From a virus (taxonomy: Duplodnaviria > Heunggongvirae > Uroviricota > Caudoviricetes): DNA of 64,000 nt. Below are positions 28,867 through 38,383 of the stretch, piece by piece (positions within the stretch are counted from its first letter, which is position 1; every line of letters begins with the position of its first letter). The stretch lies in IMG/VR virus record IMGVR_UViG_3300020156_000001, positions 170,321-234,320 of that record; one strand, given 5' to 3'. The notes under the pieces were generated by a model that was given only the letters and a program-made list of their open reading frames with translations, ran no database searches and had not been told where the DNA came from. The translations under genes were made by a program, and so were the position numbers.

Positions 28867-30324
28867 TTAGGAGGCCTTTTTCAGGGCCTCCTTTAGCTTG
28901 GACTCCGCGCTTACAAGCTCGTTTGCAGCAAGTACGCGCTGAGCCCGTGCTTCCTGCGTGATGGCAATCGATTCCTCGATCATAGCAATCGTCAAATCGT
29001 TTGCCTTCTTCACGCTTTCGATGTCATAGACACCACGTTCGATTTCACGACGCGCCGCTGCATTGCCCTGCTTGAGAGCTTCGGCATTCTTGACCAGCAG
29101 TTCGTTTTGCAAGTCGGAAACTGCCTTGGTTGTTTTCGTGGCCTCGTCCATCTTCCACCGCTCAACAGCGATAACAAGCTGGCTTTCCCACATTGGAATC
29201 GTGTTGATCAACTGAGTGTCGATCTTCTGCACGAGGTCCTTGTCGTTGTTCTGCACAAGCCGAACCTGCGGCAGCGTTTGCATAACAACCGTACGTGTAA
29301 GCTTGATGTCGTGGACACGACGTTCAAACGAATCGCGCTTGGCAACAAGATCGTTGAGGTTCTGCGCGTCAATAAGTTCGCCTGAAGCTTCGGCCTTTGC
29401 CTTGAGTTCTGGAATATGCTTGGCATCAAGCTCGGCGAGGATTTGTTCACCCGCGCTTACATAGTTGCCGAGATCACGGAAGTATTCGAGAGTTGCCGCA
29501 TAAAGCTGATCCAGCTGCTTTACGCTTTTCAACAGTTCCACCTTGTGGCGTTCCAGCTTGTTTGCAACCGCATCGATCTGGCTCTTGACGGTTTCAAAGC
29601 TTTGGATGAATTCGGCCATTGGCGCGATCTTGCCCATTAGCTTGCCGAAAAAGCCGATCTCGTTGGAACCAGCAGCCTTGGAAAAGTCCAGCCCGCGCAT
29701 CTGCAGGACCATCTTGTTGAGCTCACTGCCCACTTCGCCGGCTTCGTTGGACTTTACGCCCTCAAGCATCTGGGCGTTAAGCTGACTTACGTTGCGCTGG
29801 ATGCCTGTACCCCAGCTGATAACGCTGGTGCTATCATCCAAGTTAAGCTCGGCTTTGGCTTTTTCAATCTTGTCGGCTTCGACAACCATTGCCTTGTTGA
29901 TGTCATCCTCGGTCAGCTTTGCCGTGACCGCCACCGGCAATTGAAGTTCCATTGTTCGCTCCGTGTTAATTCGATGGGTTAATCGTTGAATGTCAGGTCG
30001 TTGCATTTGCTCCAAAAGCTCACCAAACATTTTGGCTTGGTCATGGAGGTATTGTGGAAACTGTTGATGGATTTTTGGATCCAATGCAACCGCGCGAGAA
30101 TAAACTTCGATGGAATCTGCAATTTCTTCTACAAGCGGTTTCATCCGCATGAGAATAGCGTGGCCCATTGTACTGCGCTTGCATTCGTCCATGATCATGT
30201 CGATCCGCTTATAGATCAACAGGATTTGTTCATCCACTCCCCATGACAACCGCTTGCCAGTGGCGCGAACAATTTTCCAGTTCACCCTTTCGACAGTATC
30301 GTAAAGCTGCTCAAAATTCATCAA
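28867..30324 (-). CDS. TelA-like (toxic anion resistance family) protein
   Basis: 485-aa all-helical protein whose architecture and C-terminal region are reminiscent of TelA/YaaN. Operonic with XpaC-like and flotillin genes, as in known TelA contexts. Based on recollection of the family, not a search. Confidence 0.55.
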   Translation of the reverse strand: MMNFEQLYDTVERVNWKIVRATGKRLSWGVDEQILLIYKRIDMIMDECKRSTMGHAILMRMKPLVEEIADSIEVYSRAVALDPKIHQQFPQYLHDQAKMFGELLEQMQRPDIQRLTHRINTERTMELQLPVAVTAKLTEDDINKAMVVEADKIEKAKAELNLDDSTSVISWGTGIQRNVSQLNAQMLEGVKSNEAGEVGSELNKMVLQMRGLDFSKAAGSNEIGFFGKLMGKIAPMAEFIQSFETVKSQIDAVANKLERHKVELLKSVKQLDQLYAATLEYFRDLGNYVSAGEQILAELDAKHIPELKAKAEASGELIDAQNLNDLVAKRDSFERRVHDIKLTRTVVMQTLPQVRLVQNNDKDLVQKIDTQLINTIPMWESQLVIAVERWKMDEATKTTKAVSDLQNELLVKNAEALKQGNAAARREIERGVYDIESVKKANDLTIAMIEESIAITQEARAQRVLAANELVSAESKLKEALKKAS

Positions 30325-31010
30325 CGCTGCTCCAGCTTGAGCTGGTCGTTGAGAACTTCCATATCGATAGCAAGTGCGCGAACATCGTTGGACCGAATGT
30401 CCGTGAGCAGATTGTTAAAGCTCACATACATGGTATCAACAGTTTTACCAAAATCTTCATCTAGTCGAATCCGCTCGGCCGTTCGTGCTTGGTATTGATT
30501 GCTTGTGTAGCCCGTGTGTTGGAGTTCAACAAACTTGCCTACAATGCTTTGGGCTTGATCCAAATGCACGTTAAACCAGCTACGCGCGATACGGAAGTCT
30601 TTGGGATCATTAACAATCTCTTCGATGATCCCGTTACCCACGCTTACCACCCCAAGTACCTTATACTTTAGGTCGGTGTCTACAAGACGCGTAGAAGCTT
30701 CACGGATCGCGGCAAGCTTGGATTGTGCGCCACGTATTTCAGCGGAAAACTCGTTGAGATTGATATCTGTACGGCCCTCCAAATGCTTGAACTCCAAGCG
30801 TTTGAGTTGGGAAAGTTCCTGTACAGCTTCTCGATTGTCGAGCACACCCAGCATATTATCTGCAAGCTTCATCGAAATCCATCCCGCAACAATTGCAACA
30901 GCCGTTGCAATCATAAACGTGATAACGGAAGCGCCTAGAATTTGGACCAGACCATATCCGGCCAGGATAGCCGCAATAATACCGATCAAAGTGCTGAGAA
31001 TCTTGTTCAC
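30321..31010 (-). CDS. XpaC-like membrane protein (two N-terminal TM helices plus helical domain)
   Basis: N-terminus ILSTLIGIIAAILAGYGLVQILGASVITFMIATAVAIVAGWI gives two TM helices. A roughly 180-aa helical domain follows. Sits directly next to the TelA-like gene (start overlaps), as the xpaC-yaaN pair does in Firmicutes. Confidence 0.5.
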   Translation of the reverse strand: MNKILSTLIGIIAAILAGYGLVQILGASVITFMIATAVAIVAGWISMKLADNMLGVLDNREAVQELSQLKRLEFKHLEGRTDINLNEFSAEIRGAQSKLAAIREASTRLVDTDLKYKVLGVVSVGNGIIEEIVNDPKDFRIARSWFNVHLDQAQSIVGKFVELQHTGYTSNQYQARTAERIRLDEDFGKTVDTMYVSFNNLLTDIRSNDVRALAIDMEVLNDQLKLEQR

Positions 31011-31126
31011 AAGTTCATCCTAGCTAACACAATTTTGCCCACATATTACACGAACAGGTACCAAAGTCTAGCGTTGATATGGCAAAAGGCTCCAAAAGAG
31101 GAGCCTTCGCCGTTATTGTATTTGGA

Positions 31127-32845
31127 TTACTTGCCCGACTTTTCAGCCTTGATGCCGGCCAAACGCTGAAGCTCTTCCGGATTGTAGCTTTCAACCGGTG
31201 CTTTGGGCGTTGGAACGCTTTGCACTTCTTCTTCGACTTGCTCAGCATCGTCAAAGTCGAATGTGCTTGCCGGCACAACACCAGCGAGACCATTCTTCAG
31301 ATCAAAGCCAGCGGCACCAACAATTGCATCAACAAGCGGAGCCTGTGTGCGATAGTTTAGCAGGGCGTTGGTAAGATCCTGTGGAACATTTCCAGCCGAA
31401 CCGCCGCCAACTGTTGCGCCACCATTTGCACCAAGACCCGAAATGCTGACCACACGAGCCGACTTTACTGCGGCCATTGGCTTTGCAAGTTCAGCAACCA
31501 ACTGCGGTGCAGCTTCGATTGCTGCAAGCTTGATACGCAGGGCGATCTGCTCTGGGCTCAAAGCGTTGGCAGCATCAGCAAGCGCACGTTCACCAGCAGC
31601 ACGGACTTCGTTTTCACGCTCGAGAACATCTGCAAGCGTTTTACGTGCCTGGGCCTGCAAATCAGCTGCTTCAGCTTCCGCCTTTGCGCGAACAGTAATG
31701 CCTGCGCTTGTACGTTCAGCTTCCTTGGTCGCTTCAATAACAGCAACCTGACGATCACGTTCCGCCCTGGCAATTGCTTCCTCGGTGATAACGTTCTGCG
31801 CTGCCTTAACAGCGTTTGCACGAGCTTCGTCGGCCTTTGCCTGTGCAAGCGATTCAGCTTCCGAACGCTCGTTGACCGCGATCTTGGCCGCCTGTTCAGC
31901 AATACGAATTGCTTGCGTATTGGTGATTTCAGCTTCCTGACGGGCACGAGACGATGCTACGCGAGCAAGTTCAGTTGCCTGTTCCGCCTCGATTGTTGCA
32001 ACATCCGCTTCACGCTTGCGATCAGCACGTTGCTTTGCAAGTTCAGCTTCCTGTTCGGCACGCCGAGTTTCAACTTGCTTTTCCTGATCAAGACGGGCGA
32101 ACTCGTCCTGTTGCTTGATGGTCAGCGACTCCTGGTTCGCTTCAAAATTGCGCTTTTCAATAGCAACGCGAGCTTGCTGCTCGATTTCGTTACGTTCACG
32201 CGCCTTTTCCTGCGTTAGCTTGGCTAGGTTGGTGAGACCTTCAGCATCAAACGCATTGTTTGGGTTGAGGAACTTCTGGTCCGTCTGGTCAAGCTTGGTA
32301 AGCGAAACGCTTTCCAGTTCGAGACCGTTCTTTTCCAAGTCCGCAGCAACCGTGTTTTGCACGTTCTGTACAAACTCAGCGCGTTGTTCGTGCAAGTGCT
32401 GCATATCCATGCCAGCTGCAACCGAGCGAAGCGCGTCAACAAACTTGTCTTCAATGATCTGACGAAGCGCGTCAGGATTCATCGTTTTTGTACCAAGTGT
32501 TTGCGCGGCCAGTGCAATTGCATTGGTGTCAGGCTTTACACGAACAAAGAAGGTCGCGCCCACGTCTGCTCGCATACGATCCTTGGTGATCAAGGCGTCT
32601 GTGCCAGTACGAGTAAGCTCGATCTTGAGCGTTTGCATGTTAACTTCAAGCGTTTCATGCAGGATTGGGAAGATCAACGCACCGCCGTTGATCACGACCA
32701 GCTGACCTGTAAAGCCCGTACGCACAAACGCACGTTCCTTTGAAGCTCGCTTGTAAAGTCGGGAAACCATCAGGCCGACGATCAGGATTGCCACAAAAGC
32801 AATCACAATAATCATACCCAAGGTCACAAGGTTTGTATCAAACAT
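31127..32845 (-). CDS. flotillin / SPFH (band-7) family protein, YqiK-like, with long EA-rich coiled-coil
   Basis: N-terminal TM helix. SPFH-domain region (... LVVINGGALIFPILHETLEVNMQT ...). Then an extended EA repeat coiled-coil (AEQEAELAKQRADRKREAD ...). C-terminal flotillin-like tail. Confidence 0.85.
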   Translation of the reverse strand: MFDTNLVTLGMIIVIAFVAILIVGLMVSRLYKRASKERAFVRTGFTGQLVVINGGALIFPILHETLEVNMQTLKIELTRTGTDALITKDRMRADVGATFFVRVKPDTNAIALAAQTLGTKTMNPDALRQIIEDKFVDALRSVAAGMDMQHLHEQRAEFVQNVQNTVAADLEKNGLELESVSLTKLDQTDQKFLNPNNAFDAEGLTNLAKLTQEKARERNEIEQQARVAIEKRNFEANQESLTIKQQDEFARLDQEKQVETRRAEQEAELAKQRADRKREADVATIEAEQATELARVASSRARQEAEITNTQAIRIAEQAAKIAVNERSEAESLAQAKADEARANAVKAAQNVITEEAIARAERDRQVAVIEATKEAERTSAGITVRAKAEAEAADLQAQARKTLADVLERENEVRAAGERALADAANALSPEQIALRIKLAAIEAAPQLVAELAKPMAAVKSARVVSISGLGANGGATVGGGSAGNVPQDLTNALLNYRTQAPLVDAIVGAAGFDLKNGLAGVVPASTFDFDDAEQVEEEVQSVPTPKAPVESYNPEELQRLAGIKAEKSGK

Positions 32846-32858
32846 TTGCTTACCTTTT

Positions 32859-33494
32859 TTAGTGGATTGGAGTTACGTAGAAGAGGCCAAGAACAGGGTC
32901 ATATTGTTCCAAGCGAACTGTTGTGCGTTCAGGGATAACGAGCCCCTTAGTGACACTGCGCACGGTAACGTTGTGCTGAGTACCATGCGTGTCGTAAACC
33001 GTAGCTTGGCAGCTACGATCAAAAGTTGCCGCTCCATAGCCAATCACACCAGTCAACCCTTCGAGGTCTTCCAATGTGCTGGCATAAGTTTCATCGCGTG
33101 GAAGAACCTTTACCAACAACTTACTAAGTGTGCCGGAAACTGCGAGAGCCGATGGAATAGCCAGTGCAACTGCAAGAGGAATGGGGAGAAAAATCCCAAC
33201 TGCGGACATTGCAACCCAGTTATAAAGCAGACCGCTTATTCCAAACGATGCAATCAGTACGGTAAGCACCATCATAAATGGAACTTTACCAAATCCTAGA
33301 AAGCCCGCAAAGTGGCCGAAGACCCCATCATGGTCGATATGAAAATGATGGTCGATGTTGGTATCGTGGCCTAAGAATGAGAAACCAACAACTAAGCCAA
33401 TAAGTTCCATAAAACCAATGGCTGCAACGATTGCCAACGCTCCCATGAAGGGAAAGTTGGCATCGCTGAAAAAGAACCCCATCATGCGGTTCAT
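32859..33494 (-). CDS. NfeD/YqiJ-like membrane protein
   Basis: Multi-TM N-terminal half with a His-rich loop HDTNIDHHFHIDHDGVFGH. Soluble beta-rich C-terminal domain. Immediately upstream of the flotillin gene, as in the yqiJ-yqiK pair. Confidence 0.5.
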   Translation of the reverse strand: MNRMMGFFFSDANFPFMGALAIVAAIGFMELIGLVVGFSFLGHDTNIDHHFHIDHDGVFGHFAGFLGFGKVPFMMVLTVLIASFGISGLLYNWVAMSAVGIFLPIPLAVALAIPSALAVSGTLSKLLVKVLPRDETYASTLEDLEGLTGVIGYGAATFDRSCQATVYDTHGTQHNVTVRSVTKGLVIPERTTVRLEQYDPVLGLFYVTPIH

Positions 33495-33573
33495 CTCCTA
33501 ACTAACTCTGCAACATCATGCTGCAATGTGCCTTAGTTAGTAAGGATTGAGTACCAAGTCAACAAAAGAGTGG

Positions 33574-34110
33574 CTAGCCTGTGGGGTCCAAAGAAGCCAG
33601 CTTATTCAAAAGTACGGAGTGATGGGTTGTTGTGTCGATAACCATCGCGCAAGTTGTTTTTGTTACGCGAACATAGTTGGTTCCGCCGGCGAAAAACGCT
33701 CCATTAACTGCAAAAGGCTCGACAAAAATACCAGTTGAGTCAATCCGACGAACATTCCCAAGAAGCATTTCGTTTTGGGAATTTTTACTGCTTGATTTTG
33801 TTACCACGATTAGCTTGCCTACTTCAATGACCCGCCCGTTGAAGTCGAGAAACTCCTTTTGGTAGTCATTATCGCATACAAGTTCTACTTCATGTGAGGA
33901 CGATTGTTTGAGGATTGCACCGCTAAACTTGTGCTTCTTTCCATCAATTTCCAGCACATAATCATGCCGATCAAAGTGTACTCGCTTAACCTCTACAATT
34001 TTGCCAACCGATCCCTTGTATTTGCCCTCCGTTACTGTGGCATAGACTTCCGACTGCTTCATTCTTTCTTGAATAAAGGCAGCACTGTTAAACGACATCA
34101 GTGAAATCAA
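33574..34110 (-). CDS. hypothetical protein (178 aa)
   Basis: Intact ORF. Confidence 0.45.
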   Translation of the reverse strand: MISLMSFNSAAFIQERMKQSEVYATVTEGKYKGSVGKIVEVKRVHFDRHDYVLEIDGKKHKFSGAILKQSSSHEVELVCDNDYQKEFLDFNGRVIEVGKLIVVTKSSSKNSQNEMLLGNVRRIDSTGIFVEPFAVNGAFFAGGTNYVRVTKTTCAMVIDTTTHHSVLLNKLASLDPTG

Positions 34111-34380
34111 CGTTTTACACCCTTATATACCCATTTGTCGCAGCCTAATAGGCTGTCTTGTCTTGCTCTGCATACTTTGGTAAACAGGTGTGCTTTGCTG
34201 CACAATCCGTATTACATTGCATTCAAATAGCAGCTTTTACAAACGAATTTTTTGGTGTAGATGTAGATTTTTTAAAGATTTTAATACAGTTCAAGCGGCG
34301 CAACGGAATGATGCATCAAAACGTTACCAGACTTGATTTTTCAGGATATCTTAGATAAACCTAAAACAGCAAAACGCTAT

Positions 34381-34797
34381 CTAGCATATGAATGAAGCGT
34401 CATAATCGCTGACTGTGGTTGGAAACTCACATATTATTTTAAACATCGCAGCATCGCGTGGGCTTTTGAAAATAAAGCCTAAGTATGTACCTGTAGTGGG
34501 TCCTTTGTCACAAGGAAAGGTGCCCCATATGGGGTAGGCAACATCTTCGAAATTTTCAGTATAGCTGGCGAGTTTTGAGAAGTGATGTTCATGAAAACAC
34601 ATATTCTCAAAATCAGGAATAGAGAATGCACTCATATGGTCGCACAAATATTGGCTGGTCAAGTTTAGCTCATATTTGCACAAGCGATAAACCCGCATAT
34701 AGGGGCGGGTTTCGCATTCATCGTCTGGCACATAACAATGATGACGGATACCACCATTGTTAGCTATTTGGAACATTACAACCTTGTAAGTGTCCAT
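34381..34797 (-). CDS. hypothetical protein (138 aa)
   Basis: Intact ORF, Cys/His-rich. Confidence 0.45.
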   Translation of the reverse strand: MDTYKVVMFQIANNGGIRHHCYVPDDECETRPYMRVYRLCKYELNLTSQYLCDHMSAFSIPDFENMCFHEHHFSKLASYTENFEDVAYPIWGTFPCDKGPTTGTYLGFIFKSPRDAAMFKIICEFPTTVSDYDASFIC

Positions 34798-35069
34798 TAA
34801 ACCAAGCTTACTCCATAAGCGGCAGCTTCAGCCGATCCAAACGGACCCAATAGTTCGATTGGTGTCTCATCATCTTCGTAGGAATATGTTTCACGATAAA
34901 ACACTGTTCCTGCGGAATCGTTTGCCATGAGAATTTTATGGCAACGAAGCAAAGCCTTTTCTGTTACCACAGCAATTACTTCAGGGTTGAGGTCAACTTC
35001 GGCAACAACTTCAAATTCTTCAAATACTTCTTCTACTGGCACGTGCAAGTTCCTTCTGAACCATCGCAA
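34797..35069 (-). CDS. hypothetical protein (90 aa)
   Basis: Intact ORF. Start/stop overlap with its neighbour. Confidence 0.4.
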   Translation of the reverse strand: MRWFRRNLHVPVEEVFEEFEVVAEVDLNPEVIAVVTEKALLRCHKILMANDSAGTVFYRETYSYEDDETPIELLGPFGSAEAAAYGVSLV

Positions 35070-35332
35070 TTATCAAGACCACGACCGCAACCCGGCTGTG
35101 GAAGAGAATCCAAAAATGCTTGACGCTTGGCTGCTTCATCAACTGCAACCGGCGCTACGTCTGTGATAAAATCTTCAATACGCTTGGCCGCATCAAGAAT
35201 GTCACCAACATGATCGGCACTTTCGGTAAAGCCGCTTGCTGGCAAGGTTACGCTGTAAAGCTCCATTGCCGTATTGAGGATCTGCATCTTACGCTCAAAC
35301 TGATTTTCGTCGATATATTTGAGTTTGTTCAT
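35033..35332 (-). CDS. hypothetical protein (99 aa)
   Basis: Intact ORF. Confidence 0.4.
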   Translation of the reverse strand: MNKLKYIDENQFERKMQILNTAMELYSVTLPASGFTESADHVGDILDAAKRIEDFITDVAPVAVDEAAKRQAFLDSLPQPGCGRGLDNCDGSEGTCTCQ

Positions 35333-35409
35333 TTTGGTCTCCTAATATCCAATGTACATGTCCTACTTATCAAAATCAAAATAGATAAATTAATGGATTG
35401 GAGAATTTT

Positions 35410-35907
35410 ATGAGATCAGCACTTTTTGGCAAGTCCGACTACTTTATGCGTATTAAGCGCAAACCTGCACAAGAAGACCTTTATCAAAAGGTAATCCGCA
35501 ATGAGCTTTCTGATGAAGAAATCGAAAATTGTGGCCAGCCTCTTTGGATTCGTGAAGCACTACGGGAAATCAAAACCCGTGGCGGCCTAACCCAATGGCA
35601 ATGTGTAGACAAAGTAATTGAGGAAGCCGAAGCTGCTCAAGCTCGTGCCGCCAACCAAACCTATCCAGTGTATGAGTGGACTGCACCAATGATGGAAGTC
35701 ACACCGGAAAAGGGAATGAGCTTGGAAGTTTTTCCGGGCAACCTAATGCTGGTAGACCGCCCACGTGGCCAAGTCAAAATTGATTATTCACTTCTTACAT
35801 TGTCGCCTGCTAAAATAGACGCATTACTGGGTAATGCCAAATATATTTGCGATTCAACTGACACTGGCTTTGTCGAACTCGTTGGAAGCCGTAAACAGCG
35901 CATTTAA
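35410..35907 (+). CDS. hypothetical protein (about 165 aa)
   Basis: ATG at 35410 with GGAGAA 5 nt upstream. Confidence 0.45.
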   Translation: MRSALFGKSDYFMRIKRKPAQEDLYQKVIRNELSDEEIENCGQPLWIREALREIKTRGGLTQWQCVDKVIEEAEAAQARAANQTYPVYEWTAPMMEVTPEKGMSLEVFPGNLMLVDRPRGQVKIDYSLLTLSPAKIDALLGNAKYICDSTDTGFVELVGSRKQRI

Positions 35908-35938
35908 TCGCACGTTAAATAAGGAAAAGGAAACAAAC

Positions 35939-36310
35939 ATGTTGGTTGAAAAGAAAGCTCTCGCTGGTAAAGTTGGCGTGTTTAAGCTGGTTACTGGTGA
36001 AGAAATTATTGCTCGTGTTGTTGATGATTCATCCAGCACCACAGTTAGTGTTAAAAATCCACTAAGCATGGTAATGCTGCCTGAGGAAAATGGTCAGCAG
36101 GGTATGGTAGCTTTTGCACCATGGGTTCTTGGTGCAGTTGATGATATTGCACTGGAAATCAACTTGTCTCACGTTTTGGTAAAAACATTGGCACGTGATG
36201 ACGCTGCAAGCCAGTATTCGCAAGCTATTGGTGAAACCGAAGTTGCTCAGCCAAAGGTAGCTCCTCTGCAACCTCAAACAGCCCGTCGCGGTGGAAGAGG
36301 CGGTCGATGA
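35939..36310 (+). CDS. hypothetical protein (123 aa)
   Basis: ATG at 35939 after AAGGAAAAGGAAACAAAC. C-terminal RRGGRGGR tail. Confidence 0.45.
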   Translation: MLVEKKALAGKVGVFKLVTGEEIIARVVDDSSSTTVSVKNPLSMVMLPEENGQQGMVAFAPWVLGAVDDIALEINLSHVLVKTLARDDAASQYSQAIGETEVAQPKVAPLQPQTARRGGRGGR

Positions 36311-36537
36311 GCCAATGGTATAGAGAACTTACACAACGTTTGACTTGGGCTTCTCGCATCTTGATCAACCACACAGATCGCTCAGTTATCCGCTTGGATA
36401 ATGGCGTGAGTTTGGATCTTTCTACAAACAGAATTATTTTGGATGGTGACTTTGCCCTTCACGTAACAGGCAATTTGAATCTATCCGCTGATGGAGAAGC
36501 TACTGTAAATGGCAACAGATTCGACAAGAAGCAGTGA
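36307..36537 (+). CDS. hypothetical small protein (76 aa)
   Basis: Overlaps the upstream stop. G/N/D-rich, reminiscent of a beta-helix. Confidence 0.4.
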   Translation: MSQWYRELTQRLTWASRILINHTDRSVIRLDNGVSLDLSTNRIILDGDFALHVTGNLNLSADGEATVNGNRFDKKQ

Positions 36538-37255
36538 AGTTTATAATCCGGCAAGAGAACCAATTGTGGATGAGCTATTCGCGTTGATGACAGCGGCTCA
36601 ACCCGATGAAGCTTTGCTTGCCGAATATAAGCTGATGTTTCAAAGCATGAGTGCGGTAAACCCTTACACGGGCTTGTTTACCAATCCTCGTGCTTGCGAA
36701 GTCGATCAAGCCAAAAACGATGTTGGTGAGATTATCGAGGACATCAAAGATAACCCTGAACTACCCGATGATCTCACTCCTCCACTTGAAGATGCCATTG
36801 ATTATTTGGACCAATACAAGGAACACACTGATCGTTTGATTGCAAACTTTCCAGTGATTTCCTCTATCGTACAAAGCGAGATTGGTAACAAAGTTGCTGA
36901 GCTACAGGGCGCAAACCCTTGCTTGCAATTCGGCGATATCATGGGCAGCATTTTGAAAGCTGGCCAGGATATTATCAATCAAATCCTAGCCATGCTGGCC
37001 GACCTTAAAAACGCGGTAAAAGAAGAGCTTGAGGAAATGATCAAAGAAGCCATTAACAAACTAATGGCAGCGATTGCAGCGGCAATGGCCCAACTTCAAG
37101 AAGAAGTACAAAAGATTGCCGAAGCCATGCTCAACATGAACAAGATGAATTTGGCTCAAGTGATGAAGTACCAAATGCAGGACCCTTGCCTAAAACACAT
37201 TATGAGTGGAGTTCTCACTGGTGCAGCACAATCAGCCCTAGCAGGAGCAAACTAA
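36509..37255 (+). CDS. hypothetical helical protein (248 aa)
   Basis: Intact ORF. Its stop overlaps the PAAR start (TAATG). Confidence 0.5.
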   Translation: MATDSTRSSEVYNPAREPIVDELFALMTAAQPDEALLAEYKLMFQSMSAVNPYTGLFTNPRACEVDQAKNDVGEIIEDIKDNPELPDDLTPPLEDAIDYLDQYKEHTDRLIANFPVISSIVQSEIGNKVAELQGANPCLQFGDIMGSILKAGQDIINQILAMLADLKNAVKEELEEMIKEAINKLMAAIAAAMAQLQEEVQKIAEAMLNMNKMNLAQVMKYQMQDPCLKHIMSGVLTGAAQSALAGAN

Positions 37256-37539
37256 TGCCAGGCGCAGCTCGTCTCACAGATAAATGCACAGGTCATGGAT
37301 GCTTTCCAAGCCGTCCAAACACCGCAGCAAGCAACGATGTTTTTACAAACGACCTTGGTGCACATCGTCAAGGTGATGCTTGGCGCACTCACACTTGTAC
37401 GGGCAGTCATGGTGGAAACCTAGCCAGTGGTTCTCCAAACGTGTTTATCAACGACAAACAAGCGGGTCGTATTGGTGATCCCGTAAGTTGTGGTTCAAAA
37501 GTCCGCACAGGTTCGGATAACGTTTTTATCAATAATTGA
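37255..37539 (+). CDS. PAAR-repeat protein (spike tip, T4 gp5.4-like)
   Basis: MPGAARLTDKCTGHGCF ... GDAWRTHTC ... SPNVFINDKQAGRIGDPVSCGS ... GSDNVFIN shows the PAAR repeats and Cys/His zinc ligands. Confidence 0.75.
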   Translation: MPGAARLTDKCTGHGCFPSRPNTAASNDVFTNDLGAHRQGDAWRTHTCTGSHGGNLASGSPNVFINDKQAGRIGDPVSCGSKVRTGSDNVFINN

Positions 37540-37589
37540 CTTGGAACTTTTGCCTTTGTATGGTTTGCTAAACAAAGCAAAGGTGAATT

Positions 37590-38177
37590 ATGATTGCACT
37601 TCTTCAAATTTTGGGAGTTTTTGCAGCGGCATTGGGTTTTGCCGCAGCACTTACAAACCATCTCTTCCTAGGGATTCTCTTCCCAATCGGCGCCACACTC
37701 TTTTACATTGGCTATGTTCTGCGCAACCGTGCAACTGAACGTACCATTAGGGAAGCGCAAGCGGATGTTCGTACCCGTTATCCCGTTACTTCCATCTATC
37801 GTCCAATCGCGGCCACTGGTATGACCACACCACCGCCAATGCCAAACAAAACACCACGCCGTAAAGATGCACCGCTTCGTTCCGCAGTTATGTTGGATGA
37901 TGAACGCAAACGCCAGCAGCGTGATGAAGAAGAGCGTGATCGTCAGCGTCGCAACAATGACACCGTTTATACGGATAATTCGGCCGGCTGGATGATGATG
38001 ACTGGTGCGATGGATAACAGCCGGAATGATGATGACGATCGCAAAGTTGTAACTCCCTCATACAGTGAACCCAGCAGCTCAAGCAACGATTCCTATAGTA
38101 GCGGTTCCGATGGCGGCTATTCCGGTGGCGGCTATTCCGGTGGCGGTGATGGCGGTGGCGGAGGTGGTGGCGACTAA
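37590..38177 (+). CDS. membrane protein with Gly-rich C-terminal tail
   Basis: Two N-terminal TM helices. Basic/acidic central region. C-terminus SDGGYSGGGYSGGGDGGGGGGGD. Confidence 0.5.
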   Translation: MIALLQILGVFAAALGFAAALTNHLFLGILFPIGATLFYIGYVLRNRATERTIREAQADVRTRYPVTSIYRPIAATGMTTPPPMPNKTPRRKDAPLRSAVMLDDERKRQQRDEEERDRQRRNNDTVYTDNSAGWMMMTGAMDNSRNDDDDRKVVTPSYSEPSSSSNDSYSSGSDGGYSGGGYSGGGDGGGGGGGD

Positions 38178-38183
38178 AAGGTT

Positions 38184-38212
38184 GACATCTCTAGTTGGGT
38201 CTGTTTAAATAC
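38184..38212 (+). promoter_or_regulatory. sigma70-like promoter (TTGACA-17-TTAAAT) for the tmRNA precursor
   Basis: The -35 and -10 hexamers with 17-nt spacing lie directly upstream of the acceptor-piece sequence. Confidence 0.5.
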
Positions 38213-38221
38213 GGATGAAGC

Positions 38222-38281
38222 TGTTGATACAATCTCAATAGTTGCTGCAGGACTGGGGAGCGTTACCCCACGCCTCCACCA
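38222..38281 (+). ncRNA. ssrA: two-piece (permuted) tmRNA, 3' acceptor piece, ending ... CGCCUCC-A-CCA
   Basis: UGGGG-AGCGUUA-CCCCA hairpin (T-arm analogue) at 38254..38270. Acceptor 3' strand CGCCUCC at 38271..38277. Discriminator A. Encoded CCA at 38279..38281. The 5' boundary is approximate. Confidence 0.75.
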
Positions 38282-38383
38282 CAAGCAGATGCGCACTTTC
38301 GTGCGTGGCGGGTAAACGGTTAAATCCAATCCGGCGGGCACCGAGCGGTGTCCTGGTAGCGGTCGCTACAATCTGCTTATGAT

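Noticed and set aside
31368-31751. 127-aa Ala/Arg-rich plus-strand ORF, and similar ones at 31913..32462
   Set aside because: Antisense shadows of the flotillin EA-repeat coding region (GCN/GAR repeats read in reverse give Ala/Ser/Arg).
38254-38281. Reading ... GGGGAGCGTTACCCCACGCCTCCACCA as the 3' end of an ordinary tRNA
   Set aside because: No D-arm, anticodon arm or 5' acceptor strand lies upstream. The complementary GGGGGCG is 100 nt downstream and is followed by a tag reading frame, which fits a permuted tmRNA.
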